Below are positions 30,158-40,403 of a stretch of 64,000 nucleotides of DNA, in pieces. The translations under genes were made by a program, and so were the position numbers. This DNA comes from Nanobdellota archaeon (GTDB lineage: Archaea; Nanobdellota; Nanobdellia; Pacearchaeales; GW2011-AR1), in the NCBI GenBank assembly GCA_030647965.1, contig JAUSIT010000016.1:8429-72428 (forward strand). The letters are read 5' to 3'. The notes below the pieces were generated by a model, which worked only from the letters and a program-made list of their open reading frames with translations, had not been told where the DNA came from and searched no databases. How positions within the stretch are numbered: position 1 is the first letter of the stretch; the number at the start of each line of letters is the position of its first letter.

Positions 30158-30496
30158 ATGAAATCTATAAGCATGAAAAAAGAAAATTCATTATTAATAA
30201 ATTTTTTAGGAGAAAATCCTGTATTTAGAATTATAGATTTTTTAATTGAAAATAAAGGAATAGGTATAACAAAAAAAGAAATTATAGAAGGTGCTGGAAT
30301 TTCAAGGGCTGCTCTGTTTAAGTATTGGAATCAAATAGAAGCACAAGAAATTGTCGTTATAACCAGAAAATTTGGCAAGACAAAATTATATGCTTTAAAC
30401 TCAAGAAATCCAATAATAAAAAAATTACTTGAATTAGAAAGTATATTAATTGGAAAAGCATTGGATAAACATGCTTTAATTGAGATTAAAGTTTGA
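30158..30496 (+). CDS. winged-helix DNA-binding protein
   Basis: 'ITKKEIIEGAGISRAALFKYWNQIE' HTH-like. Confidence 0.35.
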   Translation: MKSISMKKENSLLINFLGENPVFRIIDFLIENKGIGITKKEIIEGAGISRAALFKYWNQIEAQEIVVITRKFGKTKLYALNSRNPIIKKLLELESILIGKALDKHALIEIKV

Positions 30497-30539
30497 GAAC
30501 TTTATTAAATAGCTTAATAACTTAATAGTCCGTTAGGGT

Positions 30540-30824
30540 TTGAATAAAATGAACAAGGCAAAAGGCTATGAAGCAATAGGGATAGAACTTGAGGATTTTC
30601 TTAAAAGATATAAACCTAATCATTGGAAAGAACCTTTAGGCAGTGTTTTTATAATTGATTCTGTTATGCCAAAAACGGCAAAAGAATTTGTTGCATCTTT
30701 TCAAAATGGAACATTGCCTGAAACACTAAAAAAGCAGGAAGGTTTTTTTGATAATCCTAATGTTGCACAAGCAGTAAAAGAATTTTTTGACAAAGGAGAT
30801 TATAAAAAATATTTGAAAGAATAA
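30540..30824 (+). CDS. hypothetical protein
   Basis: ORF track only. Confidence 0.3.
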   Translation: MNKMNKAKGYEAIGIELEDFLKRYKPNHWKEPLGSVFIIDSVMPKTAKEFVASFQNGTLPETLKKQEGFFDNPNVAQAVKEFFDKGDYKKYLKE

Positions 30825-30835
30825 TTTAAACAAAT

Positions 30836-31048
30836 TTATTCTGATTTCTTTAGGCTGTCAACAGGCATTATTATGTAACCATAACTTATTGGTTTAATAT
30901 TTGGAGAATAGCAAGAATCAATTAGTGCAGTTTTTTCCTGAACTTTATAAGGATATGGGATTAATCCTTCTTCTGAAGAATTGCCCGTAGGATTATTACA
31001 TGCAAATAATACTGGCAAAACTAAAATAGCTAATAATGATTTTTTCAT
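30836..31048 (-). CDS. small lipoprotein
   Basis: Signal + 'LFAC' lipobox-like. Confidence 0.35.
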   Translation of the reverse strand: MKKSLLAILVLPVLFACNNPTGNSSEEGLIPYPYKVQEKTALIDSCYSPNIKPISYGYIIMPVDSLKKSE

Positions 31049-31087
31049 AAATCTATTAATGATCTTAAATTTTTAAAGATTTAGATG

Positions 31088-31621
31088 CTATTGCAATAAT
31101 CTAATTAATTTTTCAGATATTAGCAGACTATCTCGATAACTATCTTGAGATTTATATACTAGATCATTAAAACCTGCGTCTCTTAGCATTTGATTCATAG
31201 TACTGCTTGACGGATCTGCTGATTCTCCACTTGAACAACCTGTGTAAGCCACCATAATTAAATCTGAATCTAAATCTCTTATTTTTTTTATTAGATCAAA
31301 ACTCGGTTGATATATTCTTTTTCTAATTGCATTGCTTTCCATACTCTTTACTTCATCTGAATCTAAAAAATCTTTATCATAGGGAAAATGGCTTACTAAA
31401 CCCTCGTAGGGTTTGGAATATTTTATTTTGTCAGCAATTAAATCCATAGTACTTTCTCTTAAATTGCTAGATAAATCAATGTTAAAATCTTTAGTTATTG
31501 CATTACTTATTAAATTTCTTCTATTACGAATATCATCTAATAATCTTGTATCTCCCCTTAATCTAAAACGCATAGCTTCTTCAATAGATAATTCTTTATC
31601 TACATATAGTACTGTTTTCAT
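31088..31621 (-). CDS. hypothetical protein
   Basis: ORF track only. Confidence 0.35.
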   Translation of the reverse strand: MKTVLYVDKELSIEEAMRFRLRGDTRLLDDIRNRRNLISNAITKDFNIDLSSNLRESTMDLIADKIKYSKPYEGLVSHFPYDKDFLDSDEVKSMESNAIRKRIYQPSFDLIKKIRDLDSDLIMVAYTGCSSGESADPSSSTMNQMLRDAGFNDLVYKSQDSYRDSLLISEKLIRLLQ

Positions 31622-31687
31622 AAAAAAGATAAATTTATTAGATTTATAATAATTTTCAATATTGAATATATACTAATCTTACTAAAC

Positions 31688-32686
31688 TTAAAACTCCATT
31701 TCTATTCTTAATTCTGTTAAAACTAAAACAAACTTGCTAATCATCATAAAATGTGTTTCAATGCTTTTGCTCTGGTCTTTTAGTTTTTCTTTCATTTTAA
31801 AATGCTCATTATAGATTTTATAATCGTTTTCACCTAATTCTATTGCATTTTCTCTACTAAACTTATAAAATAGATTATAATACATCTCAAAATGTTTTTT
31901 AACCATTTCAATTAGTGGAAGAACGTCTTTTACTGGCTTTTTAGATATTGCAAGATGTTTTCCAATATATTTGAATTCATCTCCAACTAATTCTAAAATA
32001 AATAATGTTGAAAATAATAATCGTTTTTTTCCTTCTGGAAATGAAGCAGATAGTTTTTTTAAAATTCTACAGCAATAATCGACAAATCTATCAACATTTA
32101 AGTCAATTGTATGAATTTCCTTACATAAATTAGAATCATTGATTTCATTTTTATCTATTGCTTCAATTACTCTTTCAAACATCTGTAAAATAACAAGAAA
32201 GACCCTTCTCATTGAGTTTTCAAATTCTTTTACAGTTGGCTCACCCATTTCTTTTACAATACAGTAATCTTTTCCTGTTTCTATAATTCCCATTCCAATA
32301 AATCTATCAACCATCCCCTGAATCATTGCTAAGGCAGGTTTTGAAGGAACTTTTTCTCCTAATTTTGAATAATCAAATTGGGTTGTATAAAAATGATAGG
32401 CATCTTTGTAATCTTTTTTATTTGAATCAAACTTAATTTTTATTTCATCAGAACCAGCCCTATATGCTGATTGGAAAAATCTCCATAATAAAGGTATTGT
32501 AAAATTAGTTATATCTATTTCGGCAATTTTTTCAGGCATATTTTGATGCCCGTTTATGACTAAAGAAGAATCTCTTTCAATTAAATCTATTTCATCCCCT
32601 GCTTTAAGATTTAACTTCTTTACCCATTCAGTTGGCAGAGTTAATGTTAAGGTATTATGGCCTTGTTTTATGATTTTTCGTTTCAT
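31688..32686 (-). CDS. AbrB/SpoVT-like N-terminal DNA-binding domain protein
   Basis: 'MKRKIIKQGHNTLTLTLPTEWVKKLNLKAGDEIDLIE' swapped-hairpin-like. Confidence 0.4.
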   Translation of the reverse strand: MKRKIIKQGHNTLTLTLPTEWVKKLNLKAGDEIDLIERDSSLVINGHQNMPEKIAEIDITNFTIPLLWRFFQSAYRAGSDEIKIKFDSNKKDYKDAYHFYTTQFDYSKLGEKVPSKPALAMIQGMVDRFIGMGIIETGKDYCIVKEMGEPTVKEFENSMRRVFLVILQMFERVIEAIDKNEINDSNLCKEIHTIDLNVDRFVDYCCRILKKLSASFPEGKKRLLFSTLFILELVGDEFKYIGKHLAISKKPVKDVLPLIEMVKKHFEMYYNLFYKFSRENAIELGENDYKIYNEHFKMKEKLKDQSKSIETHFMMISKFVLVLTELRIEMEF

Positions 32687-32817
32687 TTTGTCTAAATCCT
32701 AACACCTAATGTAAATACCTAATTCAATATATTTAAATGTTTTCACAATATATTCACTAGTGAAAGAATGTGAATATATAAAAGAGTATATTCACAATTG
32801 ATAAAAGATAAATATCC

Positions 32818-33072
32818 TTGAGTCTTGTTTTTATTATGGTTAAAGAATTAGAACAAGAAGCAACATCCAACTTTGTTAAAGAGCAATGCGGATATTGTGA
32901 TCATGTTCTTTTAATTCCAAAAGAAGTTTATAATGAAATTGCCTTGCAAAGAGAAAAAACAGGACATAATATTGGTCTTTCAATGAGGGGCAGATATAAT
33001 GATGCTTATATAAGCAATTGCGGGTATTTTTATTGTAATGACACTTGTTTTACAAGATTTACAGAAGATTAA
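32818..33072 (+). CDS. small Cys-rich protein (candidate precursor/partner of adjacent radical SAM-SPASM enzyme)
   Basis: 84 aa with CGYCDH...CGYFYCNDTC. Confidence 0.35.
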   Translation: MSLVFIMVKELEQEATSNFVKEQCGYCDHVLLIPKEVYNEIALQREKTGHNIGLSMRGRYNDAYISNCGYFYCNDTCFTRFTED

Positions 33073-34391
33073 ATTCTAGTTCTATAAATCGATTAATTTC
33101 TGACATTAGGGCATTTTTCTTTTCACTATTCACACTATTTTTTATTATTAAGATATATTGGAACAAGAAAAATATTGACAAAAGATATAATCAAAATTTT
33201 TTTGTTTTTACTATGCAAACAATAGAAAAATCAGTTATGCCTGCTGAAACAAGAGAAAAATTCCAGTATTTTTTAAATAGGGGACAGACACCATATAATT
33301 ATGAAAAACAATTTTTAAGAGGATATTTAAATCTGGCAATAGAGATTATAAATGAAAAAAATCCAGTGCCTTATGAACTTGAAATCCAACCAACTTCTCA
33401 GTGCAATGCTTTTTGCAATCATTGCTTTGGAAAAAATTCTGCAAAAATTAAAGATAAAATTAATTCAAGAGAAGCCATGGATATAATTGTTAAACGAGTT
33501 CTTGACTTTAAACAAGATGGATATGAAGTTGAAAAAGTAAAATTCTGCGGTTCAACAGGTGAACCTTTAATGAATCCATTTACACCCTATGCTATTAGTG
33601 AATTTTATAATAAAAAATACCTAAGACTTTTTACAAATGGGATAAAATTAGCTGAAAATAAAAATAACATTTACTATCTAAAAATTTTATCAAAAGTAAA
33701 TAATACTATGTTAAGTTTAGATGCAGGAACAACAGAAACATTGCATAAAATAAAACCTGGCTCAAAAAATATTATTCTTGAAGATATTTTAGCAACAATA
33801 AAACCTATAAAAGATTTAGCTCATCAAAAAATAGAATTTGATGTTAGTTATGTTATTACCCAAGATAATTATTCTGAAATTATTGAAGCAACAAAAAAAG
33901 TAAAAGAAGCAGGAGCTGATTTAATTAGATTTAGAATTGATTTAACAGATAGGCTTGTTTCAGAGCAACATAGTGATGAAATTATAAATAAACTTAATAT
34001 TGCAAAAGAATATGGGGATGAAAATTTTAAAGTTATTCCAATTCATAGTGATAAGGAAATATGTGAAACAGATGACAATCACTTTAGTTCAAGATGTTCC
34101 AAATTAAAATGTTTTACTTCAAAATTATGGACTTGTATTGGCTCTGACGGAAATTTATATCCTTGTGGGCATATGGTTGATGCAAATGTAGAAAAATATG
34201 GTAATATTTTTATCCAAAATCTTAATGAAATTTGGAATAGTCAAAGAAAAAAAGAACTAAATAATAAACTTCCATTAGAAACATGCCATACTTGCTCACC
34301 ATTTTCATTAAGAATAAATGAGTTTATGACTTTTCTTTCAGAATTGCCTAAAAAAGAAGCACAACAATTAGTTCAAGGAGTTAAAAAATGA
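33045..34391 (+). CDS. radical SAM protein with C-terminal SPASM-like Cys cluster
   Basis: 'CNAFCNHC' CxxxCxxC; C-terminal 'CSKLKC...CIGSDGNLYPCGH...CHTC'; true start may be internal (ATG about 33204). Confidence 0.55.
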   Translation: MFYKIYRRLNSSSINRLISDIRAFFFSLFTLFFIIKIYWNKKNIDKRYNQNFFVFTMQTIEKSVMPAETREKFQYFLNRGQTPYNYEKQFLRGYLNLAIEIINEKNPVPYELEIQPTSQCNAFCNHCFGKNSAKIKDKINSREAMDIIVKRVLDFKQDGYEVEKVKFCGSTGEPLMNPFTPYAISEFYNKKYLRLFTNGIKLAENKNNIYYLKILSKVNNTMLSLDAGTTETLHKIKPGSKNIILEDILATIKPIKDLAHQKIEFDVSYVITQDNYSEIIEATKKVKEAGADLIRFRIDLTDRLVSEQHSDEIINKLNIAKEYGDENFKVIPIHSDKEICETDDNHFSSRCSKLKCFTSKLWTCIGSDGNLYPCGHMVDANVEKYGNIFIQNLNEIWNSQRKKELNNKLPLETCHTCSPFSLRINEFMTFLSELPKKEAQQLVQGVKK

Positions 34392-34960
34392 ATGAGCCAA
34401 CAAAATGTTCTGGAAAATATTCAGTATGGATAATGCCTGAAAAGAAAATTTATGATAAATTTTCAAATTTAATTTATCAACTAAGCCAAAAATATGATTT
34501 TCCATTTTTTGAACCGCATATTACATTAATTGGAAAATTATCTGGAGAAAAAAAAGATTTAATTGAAAAAACTAGTAGATTAACATCTTCTGTTAATCTT
34601 GAAACAATTAAACTTAATTATATTGATAGAGTTTTTGATGATTATTTTCGTTCTGTTTTTATAAGAGCACAAAAAACAATAAATATCCTAGACGTTAATA
34701 TTAAGGCTAAAGAAATTTTTAATCAAGGTGATCCAAAAAGATATTTTCCTTTTTATCAGCCTCATTTAAGTTTGGCTTATGGGAATTTTTCACCAAAAAT
34801 AAAAGAAAGGATTGTTTCAGATATATTAAAAGAATTTAATATAACTTCAAAAACAGATTTTAATTTAGATTTAAAATTTGAAGCAGATAAAATTTGTTTA
34901 TATTCGACTGAAGGAAAAGTTGAAAATTGGTATAACTCCGGAGGTTTTTCTTTAAAATGA
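34388..34960 (+). CDS. 2H phosphoesterase (LigT/CPDase-like)
   Basis: Two HxT/SxL motifs 'PHITLIG' and 'PHLSLAYG'. Confidence 0.5.
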   Translation: MNEPTKCSGKYSVWIMPEKKIYDKFSNLIYQLSQKYDFPFFEPHITLIGKLSGEKKDLIEKTSRLTSSVNLETIKLNYIDRVFDDYFRSVFIRAQKTINILDVNIKAKEIFNQGDPKRYFPFYQPHLSLAYGNFSPKIKERIVSDILKEFNITSKTDFNLDLKFEADKICLYSTEGKVENWYNSGGFSLK

Positions 34961-35505
34961 AAAAACATTGTGTCCGATTGTATGAATTAAGTTACCCTAT
35001 TCAGAGACATGATCAGATAAGACCTGAGAATATTGGAAAAGATAAAAAATATTATGACGAACTTCAATATTTTGAACAGTATATGGAAACTCTTAAAAAA
35101 AATAATATTGATTTAAAAACTTTAAACCCTAGAGATCCTAATCTTGCCCCAGAAGAAGTGGCTGTTGCATTTTATAATCATGAAGCATCAGAAATCTTTA
35201 GAAATGATAATGATTTAGAATGGGTAGTTAAAATTTTTAAACCAAACTCTAAATTTAATGTATTGGTCGATAGATGGTCTGGTTATGATGAATTTTATGA
35301 TTCTGTAACAGAACTAGAATCTGAAAATTTAAAAGTAATTTACACATATTCATCAGTCTATTTTGGCAGTGAAACAAATCAAATTTTAGAGATAAACAAT
35401 AAAAAAAACGCAGAAAATACTTTAATTTGTGTTGAAAATAGAAATTCTCATATTAATAATGAAAAAATAAATGATTTAATCTTATATATTGACAAAAATG
35501 CTTAA
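34957..35505 (+). CDS. hypothetical protein
   Basis: ORF track only. Confidence 0.35.
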   Translation: MKKHCVRLYELSYPIQRHDQIRPENIGKDKKYYDELQYFEQYMETLKKNNIDLKTLNPRDPNLAPEEVAVAFYNHEASEIFRNDNDLEWVVKIFKPNSKFNVLVDRWSGYDEFYDSVTELESENLKVIYTYSSVYFGSETNQILEINNKKNAENTLICVENRNSHINNEKINDLILYIDKNA

Positions 35506-36334
35506 TAAAAAACTTACTAATTTTCTTAGAACATCTTTGTTGGCAGGAATGTTAACGTTTTCTTTTGGAAATACACAGGCTCAAACAAATGAAAGATTTT
35601 TTGATGCAAAACTTGGGTTAAATTATGAATCTTCTATACTAAGAAAAATAGAAAATGTTCCATTAGAAATAAGAACAGTTGATAAAAAAAATTCAGATCA
35701 AATTATAAATGGAAATGTTGCAGGAGAGAAAAATTATGAATTTCCTGATTTTTTACCAATTATTAGTTTAAGAGCAGGAAATAAAACTACTTTATCAGAT
35801 AATTTAAACCTAAATTTAGGTGTTGGTCTTGAAACAGGCCTTTCTATTATGGCTATGGGGGATGAAGAAGAAACTTCAAATGCAGCATATAAAAGAGCGT
35901 GTGAATGGCCTATTTATGATTCTCCTAGATATGAGATATATCCTGCATTTATACATCAATCAAATAAATGGGTAAAACCAAGTATTTTTTCAGAATTAGA
36001 AATAAATGTTAAAAAAAATCCTTTTGATTTAAAAGATTTACATTTAATTTTAGGGTATAGGGTATATCCTGAAAAAATAATTGCTACAAATGGATGGAAT
36101 GATGGAACAAAAACAGATATAATGAAAAAATATGAATTATCAAATCTTTTAGTTGGCGGGCCATATATTACATTTACTACAGATACAAAAGATAAAAAAG
36201 AGATAACGATTTATCTTAATGCAGGATTAAATCATTTAATAAGTAATAAGCCAAAGGATTTTGGAAATAAAGCAGATTTTGCTTTTAGAAAAGCTAGTTT
36301 ATTTATGGGTATGGGAATGTATGTAAGATTTTAA
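35489..36334 (+). CDS. secreted hypothetical protein
   Basis: N-terminal signal-like; C-terminal ...YVRF. Confidence 0.35.
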   Translation: MTKMLNKKLTNFLRTSLLAGMLTFSFGNTQAQTNERFFDAKLGLNYESSILRKIENVPLEIRTVDKKNSDQIINGNVAGEKNYEFPDFLPIISLRAGNKTTLSDNLNLNLGVGLETGLSIMAMGDEEETSNAAYKRACEWPIYDSPRYEIYPAFIHQSNKWVKPSIFSELEINVKKNPFDLKDLHLILGYRVYPEKIIATNGWNDGTKTDIMKKYELSNLLVGGPYITFTTDTKDKKEITIYLNAGLNHLISNKPKDFGNKADFAFRKASLFMGMGMYVRF

Positions 36335-36388
36335 GATTTTAAGATTTTAATTCTTTAAACTTATAAATGCTGATTACTAAACCATTAT

Positions 36389-37552
36389 ATGAAATCCTCA
36401 AATGCATTTACAATAACTGCTAAAGACAAAAAAACAAAAGCAAGAGCAGGAATTTTGCATACAAGAAAAGGAAAAATTGAAACACCTTTTTTTATGCCTG
36501 TTGCAACTAAAACTGCTGTTAAGCATATATCTCCTGAAGACTTACATGAAATGAAAGCAAAAGCAATAATCTCAAATGCATTAATTTTATTTTTAAGGCC
36601 TGGTTCTGATATAATTAAAAAAATGGGGGGAATTGGAAAATTTATGAATTACAAAGGAATTAATGTAACTGATTCTGGGGGTTTTCAAATGTATTCTGAA
36701 AAATTTTTAATTAAAACAGAAGAAAATGGAGTTTGGTTTAATAGTCCTTTTGACGGTACAAAGCATTTTATAACTCCTGAAAAAAATATGCAAATTCAGT
36801 TAGATTTGGGAGGGGATGTTGCAATGTGCTTAGATAATATGCCTTTAATGGAAAATACAAAGGGAGAAATTGAAGAAGCAATAAGAAAAACATTTAATTG
36901 GGCTCAAAAATGCAAAAAAGAACATGATAAACTTCAAAAAAATATTCCTAAAGGAAAAAAACAATTGCTTTTTGGGATTTGCCAGGGTGGAATTTATGAA
37001 GATTTAAGAAAAACTTCTGCAACAGAAATGTCTCAGATTGATTTTGATGGATTTTCTATTGGAGGACTTGCACTTGGAGAGGAAAAAAAAGATGAATATA
37101 AAATGATTGAAATACAAAAACAAATACTTCCTGAAAATAAGCCATGTTATTTAATGGGTGCAGGAAATCCTATTGAACTTTTAGAAGCAATTTCAAGAGG
37201 AATTGATATGTTTGATTCAAGATTTCCAACTCAAAATGCAAGAAGAGGAACTATTTTTACAAGCAAAGGAAAATTAAAAATTTTAAGAAAAGAGTATAAA
37301 ACAGATAAAAATCCATTAGATAAAGGGTGCAAGTGTTTTGTATGCAAAAATCATTCAAGAGCATATATTAGGCATTTATTATTAAGAGAAGAAGCAACAG
37401 GAATGAGATTAGCAACATTTCATAATCTATATTTCTTGCAAAACTTAATGGAAAAGTCGAGAGCTGAAATTAAAAAGGGGAAGTTTTTGGAATTCAAGAA
37501 TAAAATGAAGAAGATTTATCAAAAAAATAATATACCTTCGCCTGCTTTATAG
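36389..37552 (+). CDS. tgt: tRNA-guanine transglycosylase
   Basis: 'TPFFMPVATKTAVK', Zn site 'CKCFVCKNH'; no PUA domain. Confidence 0.8.
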   Translation: MKSSNAFTITAKDKKTKARAGILHTRKGKIETPFFMPVATKTAVKHISPEDLHEMKAKAIISNALILFLRPGSDIIKKMGGIGKFMNYKGINVTDSGGFQMYSEKFLIKTEENGVWFNSPFDGTKHFITPEKNMQIQLDLGGDVAMCLDNMPLMENTKGEIEEAIRKTFNWAQKCKKEHDKLQKNIPKGKKQLLFGICQGGIYEDLRKTSATEMSQIDFDGFSIGGLALGEEKKDEYKMIEIQKQILPENKPCYLMGAGNPIELLEAISRGIDMFDSRFPTQNARRGTIFTSKGKLKILRKEYKTDKNPLDKGCKCFVCKNHSRAYIRHLLLREEATGMRLATFHNLYFLQNLMEKSRAEIKKGKFLEFKNKMKKIYQKNNIPSPAL

Positions 37553-37658
37553 AATTATATTATTTTTAGGATGCCCAAAACTTAATAAGTTAAATTAGCA
37601 TGTATTATAAATAAAACTCCAAGTTTATGGACATGAATCAAAAGGCCTTAGATAATAA

Positions 37659-38411
37659 ATGATAAAAGAGAATATTCTTAAAATAAAATCTGAAATTCCT
37701 GAAAATATTAAAATTATTGCTGCAACTAAAACAAGAAGCATAGATGAAATAAAAGAAGCTCTTTATTCTGTGATAAAAATAATAGGGGAAAATTATGTTC
37801 AAGAAGCAGAAGCAAAGTTTAATTTTTTGAAAGAATTGAAAAAAACTGCTGATGTTCGAAATGTAGTTCAAATTGCTTCCCAAGAAGAGATACATTTCGG
37901 AGCATCCCAAAAACCTAATAAACCGGAGGGTTTTTCTGATTTTGAAATTCATTTAATAGGTCATTTACAAAGAAACAAAACAAAAAAAGCTGTTGAAATT
38001 TTTGATTTAATCCAGACAGTTGATTCTATGGAAATTGCAAGAGAAATTGATAAGAGATGTTCTGAAATAAATAAGATAATGCCTGTTTTAATTGAAATAA
38101 ATATTGCCAAAGAAGAAAATAAAACCGGCTGTATGCCTGAAAATGTTTTTAAATTAGCAGAAGAAATTTCCAAGCTTAAAAATATTAAATTAAGAGGAAT
38201 TATGGCAATAGGGCCAAATTTTGATGACAAAGAAAAACTAAGACCTTATTTTAATGAAGCTAAAGAGATATTTGAAGAGTTAAAAAAAACAAATAAAGAA
38301 ATTGAAATTTTATCAATAGGAATGTCTGATTCTTGCAAGATTGCAATTGAATGCGGTTCTAATATGGTTAGAATTGGAACTTCTATTTTTGGGGAAAGGA
38401 TCCCTAAATAA
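37659..38411 (+). CDS. YggS/PROSC-family PLP-binding protein
   Basis: 'KIIAATKTRS', 'HLIGHLQRNKTKKAV'. Confidence 0.65.
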   Translation: MIKENILKIKSEIPENIKIIAATKTRSIDEIKEALYSVIKIIGENYVQEAEAKFNFLKELKKTADVRNVVQIASQEEIHFGASQKPNKPEGFSDFEIHLIGHLQRNKTKKAVEIFDLIQTVDSMEIAREIDKRCSEINKIMPVLIEINIAKEENKTGCMPENVFKLAEEISKLKNIKLRGIMAIGPNFDDKEKLRPYFNEAKEIFEELKKTNKEIEILSIGMSDSCKIAIECGSNMVRIGTSIFGERIPK

Positions 38412-38475
38412 ATAGTGTAACTCTCTAGTGGTTAAAAAACATAAAGTTTATAAATAATAGGATTAATTTAATCAG

Positions 38476-39267
38476 ATGACATATAATTCATTATTTGATA
38501 AAATCCTAAAAGGAGATCCTTCATTTAGAAAAGATCTTGTACAACAACAATATTTTGGAAGCTTGGAAAATGTTTTATCGGAAATAGAAGAAAATTTAAT
38601 TTCAAGTAAACCATATAATATTAATTTAGCATTACACCCCCCAAGAATAATAAGGGCAGTAATAGATTATAAAATTGAAAATCCTTTTCAAAAAGAGCCA
38701 GAAATTCTTTTAAGAGAAGCTATACAATTAGGATTAGATGTTTACAAAGGAAATTCTAATGTTATTGAAGAAATTAAGCAATTAAAAGAAAATATTGAAA
38801 AAAATAATGATGAGCTTTTAAAAAAAACACTTGAACAACCCATAGATAAACTTAGCTGGGATGCAACTAATCCTAAACTATCAAAAAGAACTGCAGATGA
38901 ACTAATAAAAGAAACAAAAGGGCAAGAAATTTTGTATATTGCTCTTGCACATGGAGGAATTGCTGCAGGAATGGACAGTTTTTTAAGATATTGTGATAAA
39001 ACTAATAATTATGATTCTTCTTTTTATGTTTCAAGATTTTCAATGCAAAAATTAAAAGATCTAAAACCGCAATTAACCAATACTGAAATAGAATATTTAC
39101 AAAAATTAGCGATTAGAAAAAGAGTAGTTATTTTTGATGAAGATTCGTATTCTGGAACAACATTAGATGAAGCAAATTATTTTTTTAAAACAGAAGTTTT
39201 TCCAAATAAAACAATAATTAATGCAGTTAATTCTGACGCAAGAATTAATAACATTAAATTCCTATAA
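38476..39267 (+). CDS. phosphoribosyltransferase-domain protein
   Basis: PRPP-binding-like 'VVIFDEDSYSGTTL'. Confidence 0.4.
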   Translation: MTYNSLFDKILKGDPSFRKDLVQQQYFGSLENVLSEIEENLISSKPYNINLALHPPRIIRAVIDYKIENPFQKEPEILLREAIQLGLDVYKGNSNVIEEIKQLKENIEKNNDELLKKTLEQPIDKLSWDATNPKLSKRTADELIKETKGQEILYIALAHGGIAAGMDSFLRYCDKTNNYDSSFYVSRFSMQKLKDLKPQLTNTEIEYLQKLAIRKRVVIFDEDSYSGTTLDEANYFFKTEVFPNKTIINAVNSDARINNIKFL

Positions 39268-39358
39268 TTTAAAAAAATAAAGAAATTGCTTAAAATCTAA
39301 ATTCCAGCAATTTCTGTCTTTCTAATTTAAAAATAAAAAATAAAATTTATTTATTTAC

Positions 39359-39694
39359 TTATTTCTTTTTACTTGAAGAAGGTCTTATATCTTTTTCAGC
39401 AAATTCAACTTCTATACCGCCAATTTGTTTAGCAAAAAGATTGTAGATTACACTCATTACAATTCCTGCAATAAAATATAATACTCCCATTAAAATAGGC
39501 ATTATAATTAATGCTGCCCAACCCATTGTGGAATATGCAGTATAATCTGCTCCGAGTGCTGTAGCATATGTTGGGGAATTATACATTGTAGAAATTACTC
39601 CAATCATAACTCCAACTACAAAGCCATATAAAACTCCAAATAATCCTGAAATTTTAGCTATAGACAAAGATCCTAATTTTTTTATTTCTTGCAT
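39359..39694 (-). CDS. small membrane protein
   Basis: three hydrophobic helices. Confidence 0.35.
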   Translation of the reverse strand: MQEIKKLGSLSIAKISGLFGVLYGFVVGVMIGVISTMYNSPTYATALGADYTAYSTMGWAALIIMPILMGVLYFIAGIVMSVIYNLFAKQIGGIEVEFAEKDIRPSSSKKK

Positions 39695-39774
39695 TTTAAC
39701 CTCCTTTTATCTTTTATATACTAGAAAAAAAGATTATTTAAAGGTTTTTGAATTATTAATTAAACTATCTAACT

Positions 39775-39935
39775 TAGCATGCAACTCTGTTGAGATAGTT
39801 TGTTCAAATGAACAATGATAATATAATTGCCTGCGGCAATTGACGATTAATTAATAACTAATCAGGAGCTGCAAAAAGTTTTACTCTTACAATAGGTAAC
39901 TCAAGATAGAAGAGTAAAACTTTTTCTAGGCGACT
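39775..39935. repeat. structured intergenic repeat family, copy D (modules rearranged)
   Basis: hairpin aaaagttttactctt-N21-aagagtaaaactttt; reverse complement carries ttgttcatttgaacaaactatctcaacagagttgcatgct. Confidence 0.55.
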
Positions 39936-40067
39936 TCTTATAAGAACAAAATGCAATAATTGATAAATGTAAATTTTACAGATTTACTTGATATAAATAG
40001 ACAAGTATGGTTCAATCTTGATTGAAGTCATAACTGGATTTATAAATAAAAATTTGCTTAATAATCT

Positions 40068-40370
40068 ATGAAATTAAAAGAATTTTTCAGGCCAACATGG
40101 GGTAAGATTATTTTAACTTTGTTCATACCTGCTTTTTATTCTCAAATTGGGCAGACTTTTTGTTACCCATGTCATTCTGGAGAATATTGCCCACCATGCA
40201 ACCAGCCATTTTTATTTATGCCATTAATACTTGCCATATTTTCTTTTATAAATTATCCTCATCAAGACATTCAATATTTGATATTATTCTTTTTAATTGG
40301 ACTAGTTTTATCTTATACTATTTCATGTATTATAATTTTCTTTTTTAAAAAGTTGAGAAATAAGAACTGA
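40068..40370 (+). CDS. small membrane protein
   Basis: hydrophobic helices. Confidence 0.3.
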   Translation: MKLKEFFRPTWGKIILTLFIPAFYSQIGQTFCYPCHSGEYCPPCNQPFLFMPLILAIFSFINYPHQDIQYLILFFLIGLVLSYTISCIIIFFFKKLRNKN

Positions 40371-40403
40371 AAAATTTATTAACCAACTTCTTTTATTCTG
40401 ATT

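Noticed and set aside
35489-36334. Outer-membrane beta-barrel assignment for the AT-rich-region protein ending in ...YVRF
   Set aside because: A C-terminal Phe and a signal peptide alone are insufficient. The surrounding genome is archaeal-type, where an outer membrane is not expected. I left it as a secreted hypothetical protein.
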